A stretch of 64,000 nt of DNA. Origin: Planctomycetota bacterium (GTDB lineage Bacteria > Planctomycetota > Planctomycetia > Planctomycetales > Planctomycetaceae). The stretch spans positions 223 to 64,222 of the forward strand of contig CAVOEV010000001.1 of the NCBI GenBank assembly GCA_963694825.1, read 5' to 3'. The notes beneath the pieces are model-generated. The model worked only from the letters and a program-made list of their open reading frames with translations, was not told the DNA's origin and made no database searches. Of this stretch, positions 16,997-27,023 are shown in pieces; the stretch's first letter is position 1, and each line of letters begins with the position of its first letter. The position numbers and the translations under genes were made by a program.

Positions 16997-18785
16997 GGAG
17001 CGTGATTCTGACGCGACGCCACTCGAGTCCAACTTGATCGATGCGCTGGACCGGCTGGTCGACGCGATCCAGGCCGACGACCGCGAGGCGGGGGATCGGT
17101 TGCTGGTTTCTGAGCCAGAGTTAGCCGAGTTCATCGGGTGTCTGTCTCGTCTCGAGGCATTGGTTCCAGCGACAGTGGTGTTCGAACCGCGTGATGTTTC
17201 GGGATTGGAGTCAGAGAGCGGGCGGACTTTGGGTGTTGGAGAGTCCGAGTCTGATTCGAGTGGCGATCGGATTGGGACTCGGTTCGGCCGATACGAGTTG
17301 CTGGAGCGGATTGGTCGTGGTGCGATGGGTGTGGTGTATTTGGCGCGTCAGACGGACCTGGACCGCACGGTGGCATTGAAGTTGGTGACTCCGGGCCGAA
17401 TGGGAGCGGAGGTGGACGTGGCCCGTTTTCACAGTGAGGCTCGTGCGGCGGCTCGTCTACGTCATCCGGGGATCGTGGGGGTATTAGAGGTTGGTGAGTT
17501 TGATGGCCAGCACTTCATTGCGATGGACTACGTAGCGGGAGGCAGTTTGGAGCAGCAGTTGGTGAGCGAGTCGTACGGTGCGGATGCGCGTGCGGTTGGG
17601 TCGGACGATTCGGTTTTGTTGTTGACGTCTCCGGCGGGTCTGTGGCGTCGGTCGTCGGCGGGGAACCGGGTCGAGCCGGACATGGCTGCCGGTTGGGTCT
17701 CAGAGATCGCTCGTGCTGTGGACCATTTGCACAATCATGGGATCGTGCACCGCGACTTGAAGCCGGCCAACATTCTGTTGGACGAGGAGCAGCGTCCCTT
17801 GGTGACGGATTTCGGGTTGGCGTTGGTGCGTGGTGACGCGGCGACGTCGATCGCGGGTGGCACGATCGTGGGGACTCCGGCCTACATGGCTCCCGAACAG
17901 GCGGCGGGCGATGTCGAATCGATTTCGCCGCGAAGTGACATCTTCAGCCTGGGAGTGATCCTGTACGAGTTGATCACCGGCCGGGCCCCGTTCGGGGTCA
18001 GCAATCCGTTGGACACATTGGTTCGGGTGCTCGAGGTCGATCCCGAGTTGCCGACGTCGCTGGAGCCGTGGTTGTCTCGCGAGTTGGAGCACATTTGTTT
18101 GAAGTGTCTCGAGAAGGATCCTGCCAACCGGTACGACTCGGCGTCCGAGTTGGCCGATGATCTGGAGCGATACCTGAGGCGAGAGAACGTGCAGGCTCGG
18201 CCGGGAGGTGTTATTCATCGATTCCGGCGTTGGGGTCGCCGGCAGCCGGTGCTGTTGGCTCATCTGGTCGCCCTGGGCCTGGCGGCTGGGATCAACCAGG
18301 TCGGATTCCTGATCGGTGGCGACAGCGAGTCCCCGGGTGTGCATTTGCGGGTGATGTCGATCCTGGCCGGCTGGATGGTGCTGTCGGTTGTCTGCCAGTG
18401 GTTGTTGCGAGGCGATCGTGTTCAGGGGGCGGTGCGTTTCGGTTGGTGTGCTGCCGACGCCGGGTTGTTGACGGCCGTGTTGGCTCAGAACTCGGTCCCA
18501 CCCGGTCCGATCCTGGTGGGGTATCCGTTGTTGATTGTGGCATCGGGGTTGTTCTTCCGGGTTCGGCTGGTCTGGTTCATGACGTTGTCGTGCGTTGTGG
18601 GTTACGCCGTTTTGCTGGGTGTTCGTCGGCAGCAGTTTGCAGACACCTTGCCGGGTGAGCCTCCGTGGCAGTACCCGATCATTTTCGCTGCGGGCCTGGC
18701 GGTGATGGGGACTGTCGTGGCCTACCAGGTGTTTCGGGTCCGAGTGCTGAGTCGTTACTACCGGCGTGCCGGGCGTGTGGAATGA
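16980..18785 (+). CDS. Ser/Thr protein kinase with a C-terminal multi-TM domain
   Basis: GRGAMGVVY, VALK, HRDLKPANILLD, DFGLA and GTPAYMAPE motifs, followed by about 5 hydrophobic helices. It overlaps the sigma gene by 17 nt. Confidence 0.9.
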   Translation: MSRVPEERDSDATPLESNLIDALDRLVDAIQADDREAGDRLLVSEPELAEFIGCLSRLEALVPATVVFEPRDVSGLESESGRTLGVGESESDSSGDRIGTRFGRYELLERIGRGAMGVVYLARQTDLDRTVALKLVTPGRMGAEVDVARFHSEARAAARLRHPGIVGVLEVGEFDGQHFIAMDYVAGGSLEQQLVSESYGADARAVGSDDSVLLLTSPAGLWRRSSAGNRVEPDMAAGWVSEIARAVDHLHNHGIVHRDLKPANILLDEEQRPLVTDFGLALVRGDAATSIAGGTIVGTPAYMAPEQAAGDVESISPRSDIFSLGVILYELITGRAPFGVSNPLDTLVRVLEVDPELPTSLEPWLSRELEHICLKCLEKDPANRYDSASELADDLERYLRRENVQARPGGVIHRFRRWGRRQPVLLAHLVALGLAAGINQVGFLIGGDSESPGVHLRVMSILAGWMVLSVVCQWLLRGDRVQGAVRFGWCAADAGLLTAVLAQNSVPPGPILVGYPLLIVASGLFFRVRLVWFMTLSCVVGYAVLLGVRRQQFADTLPGEPPWQYPIIFAAGLAVMGTVVAYQVFRVRVLSRYYRRAGRVE

Positions 18786-18895
18786 GAGCGAGTTTCGGAT
18801 GGGTTGTGGAGAACTGATCTTGTTGGTTCGAGGATCCGGTCGGTAGGATCTGCGGCTGCCCGAATCGTCTCCCGTGGTTGACGTGTGTCCTTGTC

Positions 18896-19999
18896 ATGTT
18901 TTCCGACTCCATAGCCCGCCGTTTGGCCGAGACGGATGTGAAGCGGATCGCGGTGATCAAGCCAACGGCATTGGGCGACGTGGTCCAATCGCTGCCGGTG
19001 CTGGGTGCACTGGCCTCGCGATTTCCCGGGGCGAAGGTCACGTGGGTGATCAGCGACACGTTGTCGGATTTGGTCTCTGGCCATCCGGATCTGTCCGACT
19101 GGATCGTCTACCGGCGTCATGGTGGTTGGTCGGCCTGGCGTCGTCTGTTGTCCGAGTTGCGGAGTCGTCGATTCGACCTGGTTCTGGACTTGCAGGGCTT
19201 GTTGCGAACCGGGCTGATGACACGAGCCACTGGTGCGTCCGTGAGGCTGGGATTGGAGACAGCTCGCGAGGGGTCGGGTTGGTCGTGTCATGGATTACTC
19301 GAGGACACGGGTCGGGACGTTCCGGCCCATCGTCGGTATTGGCGTGTGGCCGAGAGCCTGGGCCAGGGTCATTTGAGGCCGGACGCTCGGATTGCGATTG
19401 GGAGTGCCGATCGCGCTTGGGCCGACGTGGTGTTGCGTCAGCTGGGCGGTTCGGTGGTGGCGTTGCATGCGGGTTCTCGTTGGGAGACGAAGCGTTGGCC
19501 GTTGGAGCAGTTCGCCAGGGTGGGAGCTCATGCCATTCACGAACATGGTGCGTCGGTGGTGTTGGTGGGTTCGCCGGACGAGCGGATCCGTGCGGCTCGG
19601 TTGAAGGAGTTGATCCTGGGCCAGGCGTCTGGTGGCCGCGTTGAAAATTTGGCGGGTCGGACGAGTTTGAAGTCGTTGGCGGCGGTACTGGGTGGTGTCG
19701 ACGCGTTGATCACTAATGACAGCGGTCCGATGCACTTGGCTGCGGCGATGGGGACTCGAGTGGTGGGCCTGTTCACCTGCACGTCGGCGCGTCGTTCGGG
19801 ACCACCTCCGTCGGGGCACGTGTTGCTCGAGACCGGCGTGTCCTGTCGAGCCAGTTATCACAAGACGTGTCCGTATTCCGGGAGCGGTCACATGTCCTGT
19901 TTGCGGGACGTGTCAGCCGCTGCGGCGTGTCGAGGCTTGGACAGTCTGTTGGACCGTGCGGTCCGGTCGGGCCATTTGATTCGTCGTGCGGTCGCCTAG
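18896..19999 (+). CDS. Glycosyltransferase family 9 (heptosyltransferase-like)
   Basis: IAVIKPTALGDVVQSLPVL and NDSGPMHLAAAMGT motifs. ATG 18896 is preferred over the TTG at 18878. Confidence 0.85.
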   Translation: MFSDSIARRLAETDVKRIAVIKPTALGDVVQSLPVLGALASRFPGAKVTWVISDTLSDLVSGHPDLSDWIVYRRHGGWSAWRRLLSELRSRRFDLVLDLQGLLRTGLMTRATGASVRLGLETAREGSGWSCHGLLEDTGRDVPAHRRYWRVAESLGQGHLRPDARIAIGSADRAWADVVLRQLGGSVVALHAGSRWETKRWPLEQFARVGAHAIHEHGASVVLVGSPDERIRAARLKELILGQASGGRVENLAGRTSLKSLAAVLGGVDALITNDSGPMHLAAAMGTRVVGLFTCTSARRSGPPPSGHVLLETGVSCRASYHKTCPYSGSGHMSCLRDVSAAAACRGLDSLLDRAVRSGHLIRRAVA

Positions 20000-20112
20000 T
20001 TTGGCGTGAAGTTGCCGGTCGGTTGGCGGGGTCTTAGACTGAAGTCGGCGACTGAAGGCGACAAGACTGCCTGTATCGCGGGTTTTCAATCAAGGTGAGG
20101 GGAGTGTCCGGC

Positions 20113-21402
20113 ATGCGTGATTCGACGGGGCTGGGTTTGAGTGGCTGCGGAGTCTGGTTGTGCCTGTTCGGGTTGGTGTGTTTCGGCGACACGGAGGCGG
20201 CCGATTCGCCGTCGTTCCGTGGAATCCGTGGCGACGGTCATTCGGACGAGCAGGTGCCGGTGAAGTGGAGTGCTCGGGAGAACGTCAAGTGGCGGATTGG
20301 GTTGCCGCATCCCGGCCACAGCACGCCAGTGATTTCTAAGGGCCGCGTGTTCCTGACCTGTGCCAGTCTGAACGGTCGCGAGCGTGGTCTGTACTGTTAC
20401 GACCGCCAAACGGGCAATGAGCTCTGGAAGCGGGTGGTTGAGTTCGGGTCGGTCGAGCCGACTCACAAGACCAATCCGTACGGTGCTTCGTCAGCCGTCA
20501 CCGACGGCACGCGAGTTGTGGTGTGGCATGGTTCGGCCGGCCTGTTTTGTTACGACCATGCTGGCGCGTTGCAGTGGGAACTCGATCCCGGCGACGCGAC
20601 TCATATCTGGGGCTACGCCTCGTCGCCGGTGATCCACAACGACCGGGTGTTCCTGCATCATGGGCCGGGTGTCGAGACGTTCATGCTGGCCGTCGAGTTG
20701 ACCAGTGGCAAGGTGTTGTGGAAGACGGAGGAGGCGGGTGGAGCGAACGATCGTGATCCACGCATGGTGGCTTCGTTCAGTACTCCGGTGATGGCCAGCG
20801 TGGGCGGATCGGACCAGTTGATCTGCAGTATGCCGACTCGAGTGGCCGCATTCGATCCTGAGACGGGCGAGGTGTTGTGGAGTGTGGGCGGTTTGCCGTC
20901 GCCTCGCGGCGACCTGGTGTACACGTCGCCGTTGATTGCCGGTGACATTGGCATTGCGATGGGCGGTTACCAGGGGCCGAGGATCGGTTTCCGGCTCGGA
21001 GGCAGTGGCGACGTGACGCGGACTCACCGATTGTGGCGAGTCGAGTCCAAGCAGCCTCAGAGGATCGGATCGGGAGTGGTCGTGGGCGAGCATGTTTACA
21101 TTGCCAATGCCGGCCCGGGTACGGTCGAGTGCATTTCGGTGAAGACGGGCGAGTTGGCGTGGCAGGCTCGGCTGCCGTCGGGCAACGTGTGGGGGTCGAC
21201 GGTGCGGGCTGGGGATCACCTGTACGTGACCGATCAGTCGGCGACGACTCATGTGTTTCGTCCATCTCCCGAGAAGTTTGAGTTGGTGTCGAGCAATCGG
21301 TTGGGTCCCGAAGAAAAAAGCAATTCGACTCCAGTGTTTTCTGACGGCGAGATCTTCCTGAGGACTCGGGCCGGCTTGTACTGCATTTCCGGCAGTCGCT
21401 AG
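20113..21402 (+). CDS. PQQ-like beta-propeller repeat protein, secreted
   Basis: Signal-like N-terminus. SPSFRG...WRIGLPHPGHSTPVISKGRVFL and repeated 'LYCYD..TGE.LW' blades. ATG 20113 follows GGTGAGGGGAG. Confidence 0.8.
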   Translation: MRDSTGLGLSGCGVWLCLFGLVCFGDTEAADSPSFRGIRGDGHSDEQVPVKWSARENVKWRIGLPHPGHSTPVISKGRVFLTCASLNGRERGLYCYDRQTGNELWKRVVEFGSVEPTHKTNPYGASSAVTDGTRVVVWHGSAGLFCYDHAGALQWELDPGDATHIWGYASSPVIHNDRVFLHHGPGVETFMLAVELTSGKVLWKTEEAGGANDRDPRMVASFSTPVMASVGGSDQLICSMPTRVAAFDPETGEVLWSVGGLPSPRGDLVYTSPLIAGDIGIAMGGYQGPRIGFRLGGSGDVTRTHRLWRVESKQPQRIGSGVVVGEHVYIANAGPGTVECISVKTGELAWQARLPSGNVWGSTVRAGDHLYVTDQSATTHVFRPSPEKFELVSSNRLGPEEKSNSTPVFSDGEIFLRTRAGLYCISGSR

Positions 21403-21429
21403 TCCGCAGTTCTCACCAGGGTGCCGCGG

Positions 21430-23208
21430 TCATTTCTGGTTGACCTTGACCAGCACGGCGACGCGCACGTCGTGGACTTTCAGTTCCCACTCCGGCTGAT
21501 CGGCCAGGAAGCGAGCTCCCGAGGGATGCACTCGCGGGTCCATCAGTCGTCCCATCCTGGCGTACATCACCATGTACTGGGCCTCGGCGGTCCCGACCAG
21601 TTGAATGTCGTCTCTCAGGTGTCCCCATTCCTTGAGCAGGTGTCGTCCGTAGTGTTCGGGGAAGAACGTGAGGCGGGCCTGGTGTGGGAGGTGGGATTGC
21701 ATGTCTTCGATGGCGTCGCGGTTGAAGAGTTCCCACCAGTAGGTGACTTCGTAGAGTGGTCTGCGGAGGACGGGGAGTGAGCGGGGTTGTCGGACGGGTT
21801 GGGCGGCTTGAGTGAAGCCACCGACTGCGGCGTTGTAGTAGGAGAGTCCGGCGGGGTGAATCGACAGGTTGGTCCAGGCGGTGGTGGCCACAAGAGTTGC
21901 CACGGCGGTCCAGGCGCAAGGTGTTTGCGAGCGGGCGGGGAGTCTTCGCCTGATGCGTTCGAAGCCGGCGGCGGCGAGGATGGCGGCGAAGTAGAAGGCG
22001 GGTCGATAGAGTCGGGTGCCGTCATGAGCGGGCGTGCTGGGGAGCATCACGATCAGCGGCAGCACGAGAGCGGCGAACAGCCAGAGTCCCTGGAGTTCTG
22101 TTGGTGCGGGGTGGTTGGAGCCATCCGGGCTGTTTGTTTGCCTGGTTGTCCGGTGGGTTTTGGATCGTCGGGCGAGGCCATTGGCGAGCAGGTTGAGTGC
22201 CAGGCCGAGCACCTGGATGGTGACGAGTGCCAGGATCCAGGGCGGCGTGGTGATGATCGAGAGCCACGGCACGCTGTGCCAGGGGACCGGGACGGGCTGG
22301 GCACCGGGGACGAGTTCGGCCTGGAAGATGTGCCCCAGGTAATAGACATCGATCTTCCAGCCGACGGGGTCGTCGAGCAGCAGTCGGACGTAGTCGAAGA
22401 ATCCGAGAATGGGGTTGCTCCACCAGGGCGGCATCAGTAGCAGTCCGGCCAGGGGGGCGACGGTGACCAGGCAGGCGGCGGCTTTGGCGTTTCGTCGTGG
22501 CCCGGTCACGAGTCCCCAGACGATCCAGACGGGGACGATCAGCCAGAAAGTCGGCTTGGCCATGGCTCCGACACCCGCGAGCACTCCGAAGGCGATCGCC
22601 CATCGCCACCGGGTTTGTCCTTGCGAGTCGACTTGTGCGTGGCTTTGCCAGAGCGCCCAGCAGGCGAGGATCTGGAACGAGGCGACCAGCGGATCGATGC
22701 TCATCAACATCGCGTTGGTCCACAGTCGCGGCATGCCGATCAGGGCGAGAACGGCGACGGCAGCTGCCTGGGCCGAGAGTTCTTCGCAGATCCAGGAAAA
22801 GACGACGCCACAGGTGACCGCCAGTACCAGAAGGTTACCCCATCGGTGAGAGTGTGGTGGCGAGTCGAAGAGTCCGAGGGTGTATTGGCCTAATGATCCG
22901 ACCAGGCTGACCAGTGGCAGGTTCTTGCTTTCTGTGCGAGCCCAATACCACCCGTCGTCGAGTTGATCGTCGGCAAAGGCAACTGACGGGCCGCGGGTGA
23001 CGAGTTCGCCGAACCACTGCTGGAGTCTTTGGCTGTTGTTGATGTAGCGGGGTTCGTCGGTGGTGAGTCCCAGGTCACGCGAGGCCCAGGCGGAGAGGGC
23101 CAGGCAGAGCAGTCCGACTGCGACCGAAGCCAGTTGTCTTTGTTTTGCTTTGGTTGCTGCGGTGGCTGCGGTGAGTCGGTCTGTGTTTGGGTCCGCGGAT
23201 CCGGTCAC
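21430..23208 (-). CDS. GT-C fold glycosyltransferase (family 39/83, ArnT/PMT-like), polytopic membrane protein
   Basis: DExxY loop motif ([10 protein letters not shown]) after the first TM helix, and more than 10 TM helices. The GTG start at 23208 overlaps the fabI stop (GTGA). The rest of the 846-aa ORF is an alternate frame over fabI. Confidence 0.75.
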   Translation of the reverse strand: MTGSADPNTDRLTAATAATKAKQRQLASVAVGLLCLALSAWASRDLGLTTDEPRYINNSQRLQQWFGELVTRGPSVAFADDQLDDGWYWARTESKNLPLVSLVGSLGQYTLGLFDSPPHSHRWGNLLVLAVTCGVVFSWICEELSAQAAAVAVLALIGMPRLWTNAMLMSIDPLVASFQILACWALWQSHAQVDSQGQTRWRWAIAFGVLAGVGAMAKPTFWLIVPVWIVWGLVTGPRRNAKAAACLVTVAPLAGLLLMPPWWSNPILGFFDYVRLLLDDPVGWKIDVYYLGHIFQAELVPGAQPVPVPWHSVPWLSIITTPPWILALVTIQVLGLALNLLANGLARRSKTHRTTRQTNSPDGSNHPAPTELQGLWLFAALVLPLIVMLPSTPAHDGTRLYRPAFYFAAILAAAGFERIRRRLPARSQTPCAWTAVATLVATTAWTNLSIHPAGLSYYNAAVGGFTQAAQPVRQPRSLPVLRRPLYEVTYWWELFNRDAIEDMQSHLPHQARLTFFPEHYGRHLLKEWGHLRDDIQLVGTAEAQYMVMYARMGRLMDPRVHPSGARFLADQPEWELKVHDVRVAVLVKVNQK

Positions 23209-24044
23209 GGCGCAGGTTGGGGGCTGGAGTTGGGTTGCGTGTCGGTGCCGCTGACGAGTTGGCTGTCGAAGTAGTTGACGCCCATGCCGGCATCGACGAC
23301 GAGTCCTTGAGCGTTGATGCCGGCGGAGCGTGGCGAGAGGAGGAAAGCGGCGGTGTTGGCGACTTCGCTGGTGTGGACGGCTTGTTTTCTGAGGGTGGCT
23401 TTTTCGGCGTAGAGGTAACTGTCGACATAGCCGGGGATACCGGCCGAGGCGGAGGTCTTGAGCAGTCCGGGGCAGACGGCGTTGAAGCGGATTCGGCTGA
23501 AGGCCGAGAAGCTTTTGGCGAGGAAGCAGACGGAACTGTCGAGTGCGGCTTTGACGGGTGCCATGTAGCCGTAGTTTTCGGCGGTCATGCGAGTGGTGGA
23601 GATCGAAACGGTGACGACGCTGCCGTTGTCGGGGTCGAGTTGTTGGCTGAGTGCGTTGGAGACAGCGATCAGCGAGAAGCAGCTGATATCGACGGCCTGG
23701 AGGAAGGCGGCGCGGGGTGTTTCGTGAAACGGCAGCCATCCGGCCGAATAGTCGGCAAAGGCGATGGAATGGACGATGCCGTGCAGTTGGTCGGTGTTCT
23801 CGGCCACCTGTTTGGCCAGTCGTTCGATGTCTTCGGGCCGTTCGACATCGCAGCGGATCACGACGGCATCGTCGCCGGCGAGTTGTTTGACGGTGTTGGC
23901 TCGTTCGTCGCTTCGGACAGCGTAGAGCACGCGAGCTCCGGCGTGACCGAGCTCCTGGGCCACGTGCCACGCGACGCTTTTGCGGTTGGCCACACCCATC
24001 ACCAGGACGTCGCGGCCGTCGAGGTCGAGAAAGTCAGCGGGCAT
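23205..24044 (-). CDS. fabI: Enoyl-[acyl-carrier-protein] reductase (NADH)
   Basis: [30 protein letters not shown]... is the FabI-type glycine motif, with an SDR fold. ATG 24044 (the alternative GTG is at 24056). Confidence 0.9.
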   Translation of the reverse strand: MPADFLDLDGRDVLVMGVANRKSVAWHVAQELGHAGARVLYAVRSDERANTVKQLAGDDAVVIRCDVERPEDIERLAKQVAENTDQLHGIVHSIAFADYSAGWLPFHETPRAAFLQAVDISCFSLIAVSNALSQQLDPDNGSVVTVSISTTRMTAENYGYMAPVKAALDSSVCFLAKSFSAFSRIRFNAVCPGLLKTSASAGIPGYVDSYLYAEKATLRKQAVHTSEVANTAAFLLSPRSAGINAQGLVVDAGMGVNYFDSQLVSGTDTQPNSSPQPAP

Positions 24045-24185
24045 GATGCGCGACACTGTGACAGAATCTTAGGCGGAACGCAACGGGCGTGGCCAGTCGG
24101 CGTTGACGGGTTGGTGGGCTGCCGAAAGAATCGACATGTGCTGGTTGTTGTGATGCGAATCTTCGGGTCGTGCGAGGCGTAAGCT

Positions 24186-25223
24186 GTGTTGAGAAGTCAG
24201 ATTCGAAAGACGGCATTGGCGATTGCCTGTCGCAACTTGGCCACGATGTTGTATTCGGGCGTTCCGGTGGTGCGGGCCTTGGAGTTGGCCGGCCGAAAGG
24301 TGCGGGACGTGCGTTGCCGCGAGTCGTTCGCGGATCTGGCGAGTCAGGTGCGTTCGGGCGAGGAAATTTCCGACGCGATGTCTCGGCAGGGTCGCAGTTT
24401 TCCGCCGTTAGTGATCGACATGGTGCGGTTGTCTGAGCACAGTGGCGCTTTGCCGGAGGTGTTGGAGCACCTGGCCGATCATTTCGACAACACCGTAGCG
24501 TTACGGCGTCGTTTTGTGTCTCAGATCACCTGGCCGGTGCTGCAGTTCCTGTTGGCGACCGGAGTGATTGCGTTGGTGATCCTGGTCTTGGGCATGTTGC
24601 CTGGTGGTGAGATGGTTTCGGAGATCACGTTTGGTTTACGTGGTCCGGGCGGAGCGATCACGTTCTTGGCGATTGTCTATGGTACGTTGATGTGTTTGGG
24701 TGGTGGTTACCTGCTGGCTTCGAAGGTCACCACGGCTCGGCAGATCGTCGACCGGTTGTCGTTGTCGATGCCGGTGATCGGGAGTTGCCAGCGATCGTTT
24801 GCGATCGCGAGGTTTTCGTGGGCGTATTATCTGACTCAGCAGACAGGGATGTCGATCCGCGAGAGTTTGCGTGCGACATTTCAGGCGACTGGGAACGGGG
24901 CATTTCAGTCGAAGTGTGAATCGGTGTGTCGGTCGATCGAATCGGGTGATTCGTTGACGGTTGCCCTGGCTGACACGGGTTTGTTTCCCGAGGACTTCAT
25001 CGAAATGGTCGACGTGGGTGAGACGTCGGGCACGGTGCCCGAGCAGTTGGAGCGTCTGAGTCCTCGATTTCGCGAGCAGGCGGAGCGGTCGTTGCGACTG
25101 TTGTGCAATGCCATTGCCTGGGCGGTCTGGGGAGTGGTGGCTACGTTCATCGTATTCTTCGTGTTTCGATTTTTCCTGTGGTATGTCGAACAGATCAATG
25201 ATGCACTGGAGGGGATTCAGTGA
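24186..25223 (+). CDS. Type II secretion system F (GspF/PilC) family membrane protein, orphan
   Basis: Two T2SS-F repeats ([16 protein letters not shown]...[22 protein letters not shown], and [33 protein letters not shown]) flank TM helices. GTG start. There is no GspE/PilB ATPase in the window. Confidence 0.85.
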   Translation: MLRSQIRKTALAIACRNLATMLYSGVPVVRALELAGRKVRDVRCRESFADLASQVRSGEEISDAMSRQGRSFPPLVIDMVRLSEHSGALPEVLEHLADHFDNTVALRRRFVSQITWPVLQFLLATGVIALVILVLGMLPGGEMVSEITFGLRGPGGAITFLAIVYGTLMCLGGGYLLASKVTTARQIVDRLSLSMPVIGSCQRSFAIARFSWAYYLTQQTGMSIRESLRATFQATGNGAFQSKCESVCRSIESGDSLTVALADTGLFPEDFIEMVDVGETSGTVPEQLERLSPRFREQAERSLRLLCNAIAWAVWGVVATFIVFFVFRFFLWYVEQINDALEGIQ

Positions 25224-26350
25224 GTGATCGTGCGACGGGTTTTGAATTCGAGATCACGGCAACGAGTACGGCGACGTCGGCCCGTTGCGGTGCCTGGCAC
25301 ACGCCTCATGGAACGGTCCAGACACCGGCCTTCATGCCGGTGGGGACGCGTGGGACGGTGCGGGGTTTGTGGCCGGAGCAATTGCGAGCGACGGGTGCCG
25401 AGATGGTGTTGGCCAACACATATCATCTGGCATTGCGACCGGGCGCGGAAGTGGTCGAGGCACTTGGGGGCCTGCATGGCTTCATGCAGTGGGACGGGCC
25501 GATCCTGACCGACAGTGGTGGGTTCCAGGTCTACAGTCTGGCTGAATCGTCGCGGCTGACCGACGAAGGTGTGTCGTTCAAGTCGCACATTGACGGCAGT
25601 TGGATGGAATTGACTCCGGAACGGGCGGTTGGGTTGCAGGAGCAGTTGGGAGCCGACTGCATCATGTGTCTGGACGAGTGTCCGGCGTCGGATGTTTCGC
25701 CCGAGAGACTCAGGCGGGCCGTCGACCGAACGACCGACTGGGCCCGTCGCTGTAAGGACGTTCAGACTCGCACGGACCAGGCTCTGTTCGGGATCGTGCA
25801 GGGTGGGACCGATCCATCGATGCGTGAGATTTCGGCCGAGGGGTTGTTGCGGTTGGATTTTCCCGGCTACGCAGTCGGGGGGCTGAGTGTCGGAGAATCA
25901 CCGGAGTCGATGTATGCGACGCTGGATGTGACGACGGTGATGTTGCCCGAGGATCGGCCGAGATACTTGATGGGTGTGGGGACGCCGAGGGATTTGTACG
26001 AGGCGGTAATTCGGGGTGTGGATCTGTTTGACTGCGTGATGCCGACGCGAAATGGCCGGAGTGCATCGGCGTTCACGTCCGAGGGTGTGGTGCGGTTGAA
26101 GAATTTGAAGCACCGAACCGACGATCGGCCACTGGATGCCGGGTGCGCGTGCACGGTTTGCAGTCGATTTAGTCGCGGTTATCTGCGTCACCTGTTCCTG
26201 GCTCAGGAGATGCTGGGGCCGATCCTGGTCTCATACCACAACCTCGTGTTCTACCAGGACTTCCTGCGATCGTTGCGTGAAGCGATCCGTGTGGGCGGGC
26301 TGGATGAGTTTAGATCGGTTCACCTTGCTGAGGTTTCGGCATCTCTCTAG
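25220..26350 (+). CDS. tgt: tRNA-guanine transglycosylase (queuine tRNA-ribosyltransferase)
   Basis: [19 protein letters not shown] and GGLSVGE motifs, plus the zinc site [17 protein letters not shown]. The start overlaps the preceding stop (GTGA). Confidence 0.95.
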   Translation: MSDRATGFEFEITATSTATSARCGAWHTPHGTVQTPAFMPVGTRGTVRGLWPEQLRATGAEMVLANTYHLALRPGAEVVEALGGLHGFMQWDGPILTDSGGFQVYSLAESSRLTDEGVSFKSHIDGSWMELTPERAVGLQEQLGADCIMCLDECPASDVSPERLRRAVDRTTDWARRCKDVQTRTDQALFGIVQGGTDPSMREISAEGLLRLDFPGYAVGGLSVGESPESMYATLDVTTVMLPEDRPRYLMGVGTPRDLYEAVIRGVDLFDCVMPTRNGRSASAFTSEGVVRLKNLKHRTDDRPLDAGCACTVCSRFSRGYLRHLFLAQEMLGPILVSYHNLVFYQDFLRSLREAIRVGGLDEFRSVHLAEVSASL

Positions 26351-26443
26351 AATACGAGTTTGGCCCGTCCCGGGAGCCGGGTGGTCGCGTTCCGGCCTGT
26401 GGTCGGTGTCGTGTAACAAGACGATGTGTGAGAGGTACGGGGG

Positions 26444-26944
26444 ATGCGTGTGATGTTCTGGGCACGTGGGCGAGCGAGGTTCAGTGATATTTTAGCAGCG
26501 ACCCTTTTGGGGCTGCTGGTGTTGGTGTTTGCGGGGTCGGTTACTGCCCAGGACGGTAAGGCGTCCGAACCACCTGCTGCCGCGGCCGCGGCTGCGACTG
26601 ACGCGGTTGCCGATGGCGAAGCGGCGGGCGAAGTGTCCGAGCCGCCGTCGTTGTCGGGTATGGCTGTGCCGATCATCGGCATGGGTTTGATCTTCTACTT
26701 CATCGTACTGCGTCCTCAGAAGAAGGCTCGAAAGAAACAAGAGGCGTTGGTCGAGTCTTTGAAGAAGCACGACCGTGTGGTGACCATCGGCGGCATCGTG
26801 GGGACGATCATTTCGATCGACACGGACAACGAAGAGGTGGTGTTGGAGGTTGGGCCAGACACTCAATTGAGACTGTTGCGTCGTAGCATCCAGGGTCCCA
26901 AGCCGTTCGGCAGTGATGTCGATTCGGATTCGGGCCTTAGTTAG
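26444..26944 (+). CDS. yajC: Preprotein translocase subunit YajC with an N-terminal signal-peptide/acidic extension
   Basis: YajC core IIGMGLIFYFIVLRPQKKARKKQEALVESLKKHDRVVTIGGIVGTI, preceded by about 70 extra residues (hydrophobic leader plus Ala/Glu/Asp-rich linker). Confidence 0.85.
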   Translation: MRVMFWARGRARFSDILAATLLGLLVLVFAGSVTAQDGKASEPPAAAAAAATDAVADGEAAGEVSEPPSLSGMAVPIIGMGLIFYFIVLRPQKKARKKQEALVESLKKHDRVVTIGGIVGTIISIDTDNEEVVLEVGPDTQLRLLRRSIQGPKPFGSDVDSDSGLS

Positions 26945-27023
26945 AGGAAGTCGTCACGGCGAGTCGGTTCCAGGGACTCGGTTTCACAGGTCAGGCTGGC
27001 ACAGGTAAGGACAGGTCAAGGCG

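Noticed and set aside
23209-23970. Upstream 254 codons of the 846-aa ORF (21430..23970)
   Set aside because: This part is R/P/T-rich and runs over fabI in another frame. fabI has clear motifs, and the glycosyltransferase's first TM helix begins just after GTG 23208.
26960-26985. Hairpin CGAGTC-N9-GACTCG followed by GTTTC after yajC, as a terminator
   Set aside because: The stem is only 6 bp and the U-tract is weak. The next gene starts 40 nt downstream on the same strand and is probably co-transcribed.
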